IMG/VR virus record: IMGVR_UViG_3300048855_000201
Span: 1-35,881 of that record
DNA from: a virus
Taxonomy: Duplodnaviria; Caudoviricetes
Reading direction: 5' to 3' (one strand)
Length of the DNA: 35,881 bases
Of the stretch, positions 24,666-33,189 are shown piece by piece (position 1 is the stretch's first letter; every line of letters begins with the position of its first letter). Under the pieces are notes generated by a model. That model made no database searches, had not been told where the DNA came from, and saw nothing but the letters and a program-made list of their open reading frames with translations. A program made the translations under genes and the position numbers.

Positions 24666-26639
24666 TTAGAAGCCCGGCGATGACCCGCCGGTAGGCATAC
24701 CGGGCATCGGGCCCGGAATCGGTTGCGGCGCTGGCTGCATGATCTGCGCCAGCGTCTGAACCACCATCTGCTGGACGAGCTGTTGTAGCTGGCCAGTCTG
24801 GGCGGAGAGTTCCAATTGTTTCTGCGCGTTGTCGAGCTGCTTACCCTGCGTCTCAACGCGCGTCTTTTCGACGTCAGCCTGCGCCTTGGCGGCATCGGCG
24901 GCGACGCGCGGATCTGGCTCCTGAGCCGGAGCATCTGGATCGACCCCAGGCGGCAAAATCCGCTTCAGTCGCTCGGCGATCTGCTCGGCGCCGGGCCAAT
25001 CCTGGTTCTTGGCGATGAGATCGGCGATCACCGCACCCGCCGCCGGCACAGCCTGCACGAAGGCCATGAGGCTATCCGATGCCTCGAGGCGCTTGGTGGC
25101 GTAACTCGGCCCAACCGCTACCGCGACATCGTACTTGCCGACGCGAACGTCGTTCAGGACCGACCCATCGGGCTGTGCCGCGTTGATCGCGACGAACTCC
25201 TCGGTATCGTCCTCGCCCAGAATGCGCACGATGCGGGCAGTGTCGTAGACTTTGGGGATCAGATCGACGAGGATCACGCCTGTATGGCGGATCGAGCGGG
25301 CCAGGTTGTCCGAATAAACGAGCGCCCCGACATCGCTCTCCTGCTGCCGCGCCATGATGGCCCGACCGCTTGTCTCATTCGACTTCGCACCCAGGGCGGC
25401 ATCGTAGATTCCGGTCGTGGCCTTCATGTCGTCATTCGCGACATTGGCCTCGGTCAGCAGCGCCGCGGGGATCGGTGCCGGCGCGACGCGGCTGGGGGCC
25501 AGACCAGGGGCCTTCGGGTCGGGGTTGTAGACCAGATACGGCAGGTTGCGGACGTTCGCTTCCTGCCAGAGAGCTTCCTGCCCCTTGATCTGCTCTTTCG
25601 TGACCAGCCACGGCGCCTTCGGGGCCAGCGCGATCGTCTCGGCCGCCGTGGTCCGCCAATAATTGTAGAGCTGCTGGGGATCGCGGGCGAAGCGCACAAC
25701 ACCATGGCGCACGATGCGCTCGCCGATGTGTACCTGCTCGCCGATCACCGGCACGATCGGAATCCAGCGACCGATCCACTCAACCTCAGGCTCGAGTTCC
25801 TCGCAGCCCGAAACCAGGTGTCGGACGACCTTGAAGCTCTCGACGTCTCGCGTCTCCACGATGTCGTAGGGCTGGCCCAGCCCATCGTTCTCACCGCCTG
25901 ACAGGTCGACGACTTCGCCGTTCCGCAGCAGGGCCAGCGTCCGGATGTAGGGCTTCTTGTGCCAGTACTCGGCGATGCGGATATCATCGCCAGAGAACCA
26001 CTTGTCACCGTCGGTGCCGTCCTCGCCGTCCCAGCCCGTGCTGCGCGCATCGGGCCAGCGCTTCTGGAATTCGACCAGAGGAATGCGATCGATGACGAAG
26101 CACCAGCCGGCATCCTCACGAGTGACGCGGATGCTCTGCGGATCCCAGACAACGGCGAATGGATTGACGATCGGCTGGATGACGATGTCCTGGTCGAACA
26201 CGTCGTCGCCGGAATATTGGGTCAGGACGCGCCAATGCCCCATGCCGCAGCGGGCAGCGTTTTCGGCACCACCGATGTAGGATTCCGACGCATCGCTCTG
26301 CTGTTCGATCGATCGGATCAGGCCGGTGAAGATCTTGGCGATGATCGGGTCGCTGCGGTCATCGACCGGGCGGACCTTGATGCTAGGCCGGTTTTGCCGC
26401 ATGTCGCCGGTCACCTGGCGAACGAACTGCGGCATCCGGTTGATCGTCAGGACCGGACGTCCCTCGCTCTCACGCTCGAGCCGCACGCTGTCGGGCCACT
26501 GCTCGCCGGCAACGAACTTCAGGTCGACCAGGGCTTCCTTGCGGTTGTCACGGTCGTGATCGAGAGCGCGATCCCAGCGCTCGCGCATCTCACGGATCAG
26601 GTCGGTGGCGCCGTCAACGGCTTTGGTGTCGTAGGCCAT
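24666..26639 (-). CDS. Portal protein, P22-like
   Basis: D.KF..G.QW......R....RP.LTIN, IP.VPV.G, D.Q..YNY, TGIYDA.LG..SNETSG.AI.ARQ, G.YDV.V..GPSY.TKR; Gln-rich barrel tail. Confidence 0.93.
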   Translation of the reverse strand: MAYDTKAVDGATDLIREMRERWDRALDHDRDNRKEALVDLKFVAGEQWPDSVRLERESEGRPVLTINRMPQFVRQVTGDMRQNRPSIKVRPVDDRSDPIIAKIFTGLIRSIEQQSDASESYIGGAENAARCGMGHWRVLTQYSGDDVFDQDIVIQPIVNPFAVVWDPQSIRVTREDAGWCFVIDRIPLVEFQKRWPDARSTGWDGEDGTDGDKWFSGDDIRIAEYWHKKPYIRTLALLRNGEVVDLSGGENDGLGQPYDIVETRDVESFKVVRHLVSGCEELEPEVEWIGRWIPIVPVIGEQVHIGERIVRHGVVRFARDPQQLYNYWRTTAAETIALAPKAPWLVTKEQIKGQEALWQEANVRNLPYLVYNPDPKAPGLAPSRVAPAPIPAALLTEANVANDDMKATTGIYDAALGAKSNETSGRAIMARQQESDVGALVYSDNLARSIRHTGVILVDLIPKVYDTARIVRILGEDDTEEFVAINAAQPDGSVLNDVRVGKYDVAVAVGPSYATKRLEASDSLMAFVQAVPAAGAVIADLIAKNQDWPGAEQIAERLKRILPPGVDPDAPAQEPDPRVAADAAKAQADVEKTRVETQGKQLDNAQKQLELSAQTGQLQQLVQQMVVQTLAQIMQPAPQPIPGPMPGMPTGGSSPGF

Positions 26640-26657
26640 CAGGCGCCCCCAAAAATA

Positions 26658-28109
26658 TCACGCGCTCAACCACCCGGAGACGCGACCGCGGCCACGGCGC
26701 CAGAAGGACGCAGGTTCCGAGGACGGGGCCGAGCATGCATGCCGCTTCATCATCAGGGCGTACCGGGACGCGGCCATGAGATCGTCGCCCTGCTTCACGA
26801 TCCGGCCGTCTTTGCGGTGGTAGAGCCGGAACTCTTCGAACCAGTCCGTCAGGTGCCGGAACACTTTCCACCGACCGGACTGCATCCGAGTCAGCATGTC
26901 GGCGACGCCGGCTTCGACGCCGTTCGTGCCGTCATCGAACATGGCGCGCTCCGGCAGCATGCCCAGGCCTTGAGAGCGATAGAGCTCGGCGAGTTGGTCG
27001 CCCGAGCCCTTGTCATGCTGAAGGCCGTCGTGCGGCCAAGCCCAAGGCAGCCAGTCCGCCCAGGGCCGGATAGCGGCGGCATGGATGGGAGGCGTCTCTT
27101 GCTTCGACCGGTACGCCGCCGTCACGTAAACCACGTCAGCATCACGGTCCCAGGCCAACTTCACTGCGGCGAACGGGTGGTCCCACCCGAAGTCGAGTCC
27201 GCCGATCTGTGCCCAGTGCGAGGGGATTTCGAACGCATCGACCGTGATCTGCTCTTCAGCGATCGGGAAGATCCGCCCGGAGCCCAACGTCGGGACACCT
27301 CGCGCTCGTGCCTCACGCTCGTGGGCCGGGAAGGAGGCGATGATACGCTCCCGCTCCTCTGCGGGAATGTGCAGCGCATCGTCGATGGTCATGTTCGTGT
27401 CGTGCTGGTCCGGAGTCGGAGCCACCAAGAACGACTGCACTACCTGCGACATTCCCAGGAGCGGAGTGAAGGTCAAATATGCCATCCCCTGCGTTGCGAT
27501 GGTCCGCGCAAGGCCCTCCGCGTAGATGTCCGGGGGCGGCTCCTCATCGAACCAGACGACCTCGACCGGCGGCCCCTGCCACTTCTGTCGTCCCTGCTCG
27601 TAATATTTGAATCGGAGGGTTGAGAGCCCACCAGAGACGTGCTGGACCTTCACATAGTCGAGCAAGTCTGCAACGCCTCGAGCGGGTGCCGTGTCGACGA
27701 TGCAGCGGAGAGGAATGCTGCCCGTTCCCACCTCGCCAACAGGACCGATCAGGACGCGTTGAGCGTTATCTCGGGTGGTCTCGCCGGTGACACCGCTGGC
27801 CCACATGGTCACCGGGTGATCGAACCGCCGCCCTTCCCACCAATCCGGATACTCTCCGGTGAGGTGGTAGGCGCCTTCGCAGCCGCCGGCGAAGGTTTTG
27901 CCATTTTGATTGCCGGCCCGGAGAAGCCGCTCGCGGTGCCCGGCCCCGGCGGCATGGAATGCCTTCTGTTTCGCGTACGGCTGGTATGATGCAAGCCGGT
28001 TATTCGACTGTCGTCTCTGCCGCTCTGCTTCCAGAGTTCTGAGTAATAGCGAGTCTCGCTCGGAGCTCGACAATTGCTGCGTCAAGCTCCTCCTCCCCCA
28101 TGTCCTCAA
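26658..28109 (-). CDS. terL: Terminase large subunit, P22-like (true start probably near TTG 28073)
   Basis: PY.KQ, Walker A AGNQNGKT, Walker B VWFDEEP, TFTPL.G, nuclease GLDFGWDHP, WPHDG, DDLM.A.RY. Confidence 0.95.
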   Translation of the reverse strand: MRTWGRRSLTQQLSSSERDSLLLRTLEAERQRRQSNNRLASYQPYAKQKAFHAAGAGHRERLLRAGNQNGKTFAGGCEGAYHLTGEYPDWWEGRRFDHPVTMWASGVTGETTRDNAQRVLIGPVGEVGTGSIPLRCIVDTAPARGVADLLDYVKVQHVSGGLSTLRFKYYEQGRQKWQGPPVEVVWFDEEPPPDIYAEGLARTIATQGMAYLTFTPLLGMSQVVQSFLVAPTPDQHDTNMTIDDALHIPAEERERIIASFPAHEREARARGVPTLGSGRIFPIAEEQITVDAFEIPSHWAQIGGLDFGWDHPFAAVKLAWDRDADVVYVTAAYRSKQETPPIHAAAIRPWADWLPWAWPHDGLQHDKGSGDQLAELYRSQGLGMLPERAMFDDGTNGVEAGVADMLTRMQSGRWKVFRHLTDWFEEFRLYHRKDGRIVKQGDDLMAASRYALMMKRHACSAPSSEPASFWRRGRGRVSGWLSA

Positions 28110-28332
28110 CGGCGCTTCGATGCGTCACGTCCACGGCCTGGGAAGGCTTGCCGAACCCTCGGTTGAGGATTTCCTGGGCAGCCGCCAGCACGACGCGTTC
28201 GTCGGTACTGTCCAACATCGCCACGATCCGCTCGAATGCCGTCTTGCTGTTGGCCCGGGCGAGCTCGGTGAGCTCCTTAATGCCCTTGGGCCTGCCGCCG
28301 GGATTGCCCGACTGGCCTTTGACAAACGCCAT
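28000..28332 (-). CDS. terS: Terminase small subunit candidate (DUF5681-type N-terminus)
   Basis: F.KGQSGNPGGRPKG, AA..IL.RG.GKP.Q; overlaps the terL start. Confidence 0.75.
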   Translation of the reverse strand: MAFVKGQSGNPGGRPKGIKELTELARANSKTAFERIVAMLDSTDERVVLAAAQEILNRGFGKPSQAVDVTHRSAVEDMGEEELDAAIVELRARLAITQNSGSRAAETTVE

Positions 28333-28349
28333 GATCTCTACCCCGCCGC

Positions 28350-28375
28350 AAAACAAAAAGCCCGCCGAGCGGGCT
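28350..28375 (-). terminator. Terminator between the late promoter and terS
   Basis: Minus strand AGCCCGC-TCG-GCGGGCT-TTTTGTTTT, ending about 18 nt before the terS ATG. Confidence 0.75.
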
Positions 28376-28409
28376 GCTGGCGGGCACAATAGTTCACTAT
28401 ACTAAAATG

Positions 28410-28438
28410 ACAATAACCTGGCCGGTGAATAATGTCAA
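28410..28438 (-). promoter_or_regulatory. Sigma70-type promoter facing the virion operon
   Basis: Minus strand TTGACA-N17-TATTGT; the -35 overlaps the resolvase stop codon. Confidence 0.7.
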
Positions 28439-29145
28439 GCGGAAGGGAGTTCGAGAGCCTTCAGAAGCCGGTGTACCGATGTGCTGTGCCAACTACCATC
28501 ACGTGGAGTCCTGTAACCCCGGGCGTTCAGTTCTTCGGCAATGCGCCGCACAGTGGCGATACCCTGAGCCCTGAGCCCATCGATCACCGGCCGAAGCCGC
28601 TCAGATCGCTCCACGGCAGCCGTGTGGGCCGCTTCCGCCGCACGCTGGGGGTTCGGGCCTCCGGCACGCGCTAGGCCCTCGCGCAGTGCCCTGGCACCGT
28701 TGGGGTTGCCGAGCTTCACTCCCCTCGCCTTTGCCGCCGCCAATGCCTCTTTGGTCCGCCGGCTGATGGCCTCGCGCTCGGCCTGAGCGACCACCGCCAT
28801 GATGCCAACAGTCAGGTTGTTCATCTCCGGCATGTCCGCCGCCAGGAAAGGCACGTCGCCCTTCTTGAGCGTGAGGAGGAAGGCGGCATCACGTGACAGC
28901 CGATCGAGCTTGGCAATGATCAAGGTCGCCCCAGTGAGCCGGCAGTGATCGAGAGCCTGGCGCAATGCAACGCGGTCGTCCCGCTTTCCCGTCTCGACCT
29001 CCTGGTAGTCGGCGAGCAGCCGCGCGCCGCTCCCGAGGCCTTGAAGATATCGATCGACGGCCTCCCTCTGAGCCTCGAGGCCTAAGCCGCTGCGGCCCTG
29101 TTTTACCGTGGACACTGGATAGTAAGCAATAAAATTTCTAACCAT
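28435..29145 (-). CDS. Serine recombinase (resolvase family) with Pro in place of the active-site Arg
   Basis: AYYPVST.KQG.SGLGLEAQ (canonical Y.RVST), E.ETGK..DR, AKLDRLSR, ERE.IS.RTK.AL..AK.RG..LG, C-terminal IA..LN..G..T.R.G.W....V HTH. Confidence 0.9.
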   Translation of the reverse strand: MVRNFIAYYPVSTVKQGRSGLGLEAQREAVDRYLQGLGSGARLLADYQEVETGKRDDRVALRQALDHCRLTGATLIIAKLDRLSRDAAFLLTLKKGDVPFLAADMPEMNNLTVGIMAVVAQAEREAISRRTKEALAAAKARGVKLGNPNGARALREGLARAGGPNPQRAAEAAHTAAVERSERLRPVIDGLRAQGIATVRRIAEELNARGYRTPRDGSWHSTSVHRLLKALELPSA

Positions 29146-29154
29146 GATGAAATC

Positions 29155-29190
29155 CACAATCCTTCGTAACGAGCGTTACTATGGATTGTG
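29155..29190. promoter_or_regulatory. 36-bp inverted repeat, probable res/operator site of the resolvase
   Basis: CACAATCC-ttc-GTAACG-ag-CGTTAC-tat-GGATTGTG, 10 bp upstream of the resolvase ATG and overlapping a TTGACA(29206-29201)-N17-CATAGT promoter. Confidence 0.7.
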
Positions 29191-29404
29191 AACAACGGAA
29201 TGTCAAGGCGGGTCAGTGGGTTGAATTCGGCAAAGACGTCTGAGAACATTAGAGGACGGCCGCTCAGCGTCGCGAAAAGCCGGAAGGAGGTCGGTGAAGG
29301 CCACCGACGCGACTTCCTCTGAGCGAAGACAACGCCAACCAGCGGACGATTGTGCGGGAGGTTCAGCATTCTTGATCTGAGAATTGTCATCGGAGTAAGG
29401 GAAA

Positions 29405-29944
29405 ATGGATTTCGAGACATTCGGTCCGTACGAATTAATCGTCAGACGTGACAACGGCAAATTCGATATAGGAGACTTCTGGTCAAGAGTTCGGGAAGAC
29501 ATCGACACTTATAGAGAAGGCGACGATATTCGGTATGCAATTGGATGTTATATCTTCGGCATTAGATACGATGAAAAAATAACCCCTCATTATGTTGGAA
29601 GCACGTGCGCCCAAACTGGATTTTATGGAGAAATTTTCCAAAAAGACAAACGCAACCACTATCATCAAACCAACAAAAAAAGAGGAGCGCCCGTAATGTT
29701 CCTATTTCCGATGGTTACTCCGACCCGAAGAGATTTCGTGTCGTCTTCTGGGAATCCGAATCCAACCATTTTATGGCTGGAGAAGTTACTTATAACTCTC
29801 TCACTTCGGAAGAACACTTCTCTAAGGAATTTAAGAGACACGAGATATTTGAGGGAAGCTTGGGTTGAGGGTGTCTTGGGAGTAAATCGTAGGGGACGGC
29901 TTCATCGCGGCGCACAATCCGCTCGGAACATGCTTCTCTTGTGA
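29405..29944 (+). CDS. AT-rich GIY-YIG-like protein (179 aa)
   Basis: GCYIF...HYVG hairpin, later WLE.LLI and L.N; the usual Arg after the YIG motif is not evident. Confidence 0.6.
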   Translation: MDFETFGPYELIVRRDNGKFDIGDFWSRVREDIDTYREGDDIRYAIGCYIFGIRYDEKITPHYVGSTCAQTGFYGEIFQKDKRNHYHQTNKKRGAPVMFLFPMVTPTRRDFVSSSGNPNPTILWLEKLLITLSLRKNTSLRNLRDTRYLREAWVEGVLGVNRRGRLHRGAQSARNMLLL

Positions 29945-30316
29945 TTGCTTCACCCGAACGTTGAAGCGTGCAGACAGCAGGCCGCCGAAAAATCAAGGGA
30001 GTCGTAGAATGGGGAAGCGAAGCAAGTCCGTCGAGATTGCCGCCGCTCACAAAGCTAACGAACATAAGGTCGCCAAGTTTGGTCCTGGCGAACCACTGCG
30101 GGCCGTCGAGCAAGCCCATTGGACGATGAAGCATCCCGGCCGGAAGTCCGAGAATCCGCATCTGCGTGAGAAGAGGTATTCATCAGAGATCTTAAGCGCG
30201 CGGCGGAATTCGAGGGATGGCACAAGGCGAATCCTGGCAAGCCCTATTCGGCAAACCCATACTCCTGGGATAAGGCCCATCCAACCAAGTCTGGGTCAAT
30301 TTTCTGAATCAAGCCA

Positions 30317-30676
30317 ATGACGCAAAATCCAAACTACCCCGCCGACCCGCCCGCCATCGCAGCCGCCCTCGTCCTGGTGAACGCAACGCCCGGCAAGCGA
30401 ACCGAACCCGGCCGTCGCGTGCTGCTCGCGCTCTTCGACGCACCGGGCCACACCAGAACCGTGGAGGCCCTCGAAAAGGAGTTGGGCCAAGTGGTGAACA
30501 ACCACTTCGGCTGGCTCTGCAATCGCGTCGCTGAGGAACTGAAGGTCGAGGCCACCGGGTTTTCGGTTCTCACAATCCGGACCCACGATCCTGATGGGAA
30601 GCTCCGGCTCACTCTGAAGCCCAGCGTCGTGAACACCATCGTGACGTTCAGGGACCACCTCGCTGCTGGCGCTTAG
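30317..30676 (+). CDS. Hypothetical protein (119 aa), possibly winged-helix-like
   Basis: Good codon usage; VLLALFDAPGHT.T...L...LG..VN..FG.L...VAE.L. Confidence 0.6.
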   Translation: MTQNPNYPADPPAIAAALVLVNATPGKRTEPGRRVLLALFDAPGHTRTVEALEKELGQVVNNHFGWLCNRVAEELKVEATGFSVLTIRTHDPDGKLRLTLKPSVVNTIVTFRDHLAAGA

Positions 30677-30705
30677 GACGCGAATTAAACCTCTGAGCCT
30701 GGGCT

Positions 30706-30936
30706 TGCACCACTGCACCACCCCCTAGAGGGGGTTTGGTGCAGGTGCCGGTGCAGAGATGCCGCGCACCAGCGCTTGCACCGGGTTCTGCACCGGCTTT
30801 TTCTACACAATAACAATAGCTTATCGTTCATGCACCAGAGGCGTGCACCAGGGTGCAGGCGACTCTTTTTCGACACCATGCACCAGAAGGCTTTTGGTGC
30901 AGTCGTTTCATTTGAAACGATCAACATTGAGGTGCA
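30706..30936. repeat. TGCACC iteron cluster with central palindrome and AT-rich spacer: probable replication origin
   Basis: 12 exact TGCACC/GGTGCA copies (30706, 30714, 30738, 30750, 30777, 30789, 30831, 30844, 30852, 30879, 30896, 30931), CCCCCT-AG-AGGGGG at 30721-30734, AT-rich ~30798-30830; directly downstream of the helicase. Confidence 0.8.
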
Positions 30937-32333
30937 TCCAGACGGGATCGAAGGGCAATGTTTCCCGTCTTCACGTGGACCGCGATCAGCTTGTCGCGTG
31001 ACAGCCGGTCCCTGAGCTTGGACACGCCGTTCCGGGGCGGGCTGTCTGGGAATGCCAGGGGACTGACAATCTCCTTGAACTGATCGTAGGTAATCCAATC
31101 CGGCACCGGGCTGGCGAAGTAGTTGTGTAGCGCTGTCATGGCATGGCGATCTTCTGCTCTTCCAGGCCTAGACTTCCCGCCGCTGGTGGACGTAGGCACC
31201 TCATCCGCCTCGACGTGCTCGACTATCATGGAGGTGATTTCGTCACCGTCTTCGTCAGCCCCGAGATCGACGCGCTTGAGCTGGAACGGAAACACGAGCC
31301 CGTCTTCGCCGTCCTTCTGAAGCGTCACGGTGGCGCGGGTGATGTTGCCGTCGCCACGCTCAACCTGGATCTCCGTATCGACGGCGGCCGGTAGCGCGTT
31401 CGAGCCACGGGCACCGCGGGCAGAGTCTTTCCCGAAGTGATGGACCGCAACCACGGCCGCACCGGTCGCCTCGCGTATCCGGTCGCAGTTGGCAACGAAG
31501 GCTCCCATATCCTCGGAACTGGACTCGTTGCCGCCGCCGAAGTTCCTGGCCAGCGTGTCGATCACGACCAGCTTGGTCGACCAGGGTGCGGCCTTGATCT
31601 TCGCAATGAGCGCGTCCGTGTCGGCGGTGGCCGTGGCGAGATTGAGCGCGATCGGGATCAGCGTGAACTGCATGCCCTCGTCGGGCTGGCGGGTCCGTCG
31701 GATCGCTTCTACGCGCGCCCTGAGTCCGACCTGGCCCTCGCCTGCAATGTAGCAGACGCCGCCCTGCTGCACCTTGCGGCCGCGCCATTCCGTACCGGTG
31801 GCGATGGCCACGGCCAGGTCCAGAACGAAGAAGGTCTTTCCGGACTTCGGTGCCCCAACGACGCAGATCAGCGACACCCCTGCCAGCAAGCCCTTGATCA
31901 GCTTGAGGGGGTTGCCCTCGAGTTTGATCTCTCGCCAGAGAATGCCCGGCAGAACGCGCGTTTGGGGTTTGGCTCCAGGCCGCTCCACGGTCGCGCTGGC
32001 GATGTATGCGGGCGGTGAGCGATCCCGATCTGCCTCGGATGGAGCAGGGATGTCGGCTGGGGCCTGCGCTCCGGCGGCGCGTGTCGCTACGCGCTTGCGG
32101 AGTTCCTTCGGATCGATCCGATTCCGCTTCTGCCAGTCGCGCACTTGATCCTTGGTCCAGCCAGGTTCGATCATATCGAACGCGCCACCGCCCCTGCCAC
32201 CAGGGCATTCGTCTCCAGGAACCGCAGGATCGATCACCAGGACGCCCTTCACCCCAACCGCGGTCAGAATTTCTACGAGCCCGCGGCGTGGTCGGCGAGG
32301 TTTTGGTTGGGTTTGGGGATCAACATCCGTCAT
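30921..32333 (-). CDS. AAA_25/RepA-type (RecA-fold) replicative helicase with probable C-terminal winged helix
   Basis: Walker A GAPKSGKT, Y.AGEG, Walker B LVVIDTLAR, VHH.GK....ARGS.AL.AAVD, QKDG; ATG overlaps the upstream stop (ATGA). Confidence 0.88.
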   Translation of the reverse strand: MTDVDPQTQPKPRRPRRGLVEILTAVGVKGVLVIDPAVPGDECPGGRGGGAFDMIEPGWTKDQVRDWQKRNRIDPKELRKRVATRAAGAQAPADIPAPSEADRDRSPPAYIASATVERPGAKPQTRVLPGILWREIKLEGNPLKLIKGLLAGVSLICVVGAPKSGKTFFVLDLAVAIATGTEWRGRKVQQGGVCYIAGEGQVGLRARVEAIRRTRQPDEGMQFTLIPIALNLATATADTDALIAKIKAAPWSTKLVVIDTLARNFGGGNESSSEDMGAFVANCDRIREATGAAVVAVHHFGKDSARGARGSNALPAAVDTEIQVERGDGNITRATVTLQKDGEDGLVFPFQLKRVDLGADEDGDEITSMIVEHVEADEVPTSTSGGKSRPGRAEDRHAMTALHNYFASPVPDWITYDQFKEIVSPLAFPDSPPRNGVSKLRDRLSRDKLIAVHVKTGNIALRSRLDAPQC

Positions 32334-32731
32334 TCGGACGCTCGTCGGGGCCAGACCTCGCCGTCGCCGTTCAGGTCGACAGCGCGATACATAGTGGCTC
32401 CCAATTGCCTCCTGATGGCGTCTTGAAGGACAGCCATGCGGAGTTCGTGGGCGGTGCCGTATTCGGACCGCAGTGCCGAAAACGCAGCGAGGCAAGCCGC
32501 CTGCTCGAGCAGATCCTCGGCGGCGTCGGTGGCTTCATATCCCGCCTCTCGTTCCTCCAGCCGGCGCGCTATCTCCTTGACCCGGTAGGCGACGAGCTCG
32601 CGGACGAATGAGCCTTTGAGGTGTGCCGCCACGGCTCCAGCCGCCTGCGCATCCGGGTCATCGAAGTACACCCGGTCCGGGCCACCGCCCCAGAATGGGG
32701 TGCCGTCACGCATCGCGCCGGTCGCGCTCAT
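32330..32731 (-). CDS. Hypothetical protein (133 aa) coupled between alpA and the helicase
   Basis: ATGA overlaps at both ends. Confidence 0.7.
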   Translation of the reverse strand: MSATGAMRDGTPFWGGGPDRVYFDDPDAQAAGAVAAHLKGSFVRELVAYRVKEIARRLEEREAGYEATDAAEDLLEQAACLAAFSALRSEYGTAHELRMAVLQDAIRRQLGATMYRAVDLNGDGEVWPRRASE

Positions 32732-32922
32732 GCCGACGCCCTCCCGCTGACCCACTCTCGAATGGAGTCTTCGGTCCAGCCGATCCGGTGCGGCGACAGC
32801 CGGATCGGTCGGGGGAAATCCCCAGTCTTCAGGGCTCGGTAAATCGTCGCTCGAGACAATTTTGTCCGGCGAATAACGTCCTTTATAGAATAAATCTCCA
32901 CAATCGGCCTCGTAATCCACAT
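32728..32922 (-). CDS. alpA: AlpA-family regulator/excisionase
   Basis: V..RT.LSRATIYR....G.FP.PI.L....IGW....I.EW. Confidence 0.92.
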   Translation of the reverse strand: MWITRPIVEIYSIKDVIRRTKLSRATIYRALKTGDFPRPIRLSPHRIGWTEDSIREWVSGRASA

Positions 32923-33189
32923 GCCGGCCGATCAATGCAATCGACCTCTTAAGGCATCTACGGATTTTCCGGGTTGTGTCAACAGGATTCTTCTCGTCCG
33001 ATATTGTCTCTCCTGATTCAGTCTCCGGCCTCGCACAGAACCCCACCTCAGCTCGTCGCAATTGGGAGGCGCGGGTGGCCAGGAAGGCTCTCGCTCAGTT
33101 GCGGCCATGTTCCTCCACCATGCGGATAATTTGCCACTCGGTTCGAAAGGAGTATCGTTGCGCGTTTTAATCGGCATTGAGAGGCGAAT

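Noticed and set aside
25959-27623. 554-aa plus-strand ORF (likewise 19827..21146, 22721..23755 and 24816..25901)
   Set aside because: Antisense shadows of terL/portal, gp10 and coat, expected from high-GC codon bias; no motifs.
22520-28332. Classification as a standard capsid-forming PICI or an RcGTA-type gene transfer agent
   Set aside because: Both have HK97-type heads with a protease, cf-PICIs lack tails and RcGTA has a siphovirus-type tail; this module is P22-like with scaffold, tail hub, ejection proteins and tailspike, plus its own integrase.
29961-30320. Basic 119-aa ORF (or from ATG 30009)
   Set aside because: No recognisable motif and atypical composition; may be real or a relic, but cannot be supported.
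30706-30936. Repeat cluster as a CRISPR array
   Set aside because: 6-bp units, irregular spacing, both orientations, no cas genes; fits iterons.
32334-33061. Extended starts for the helicase (32495) and the 243-aa ORF (33061)
   Set aside because: They overlap alpA and the middle gene; ATGA couplings at 32731 and 32333 give a cleaner operon.
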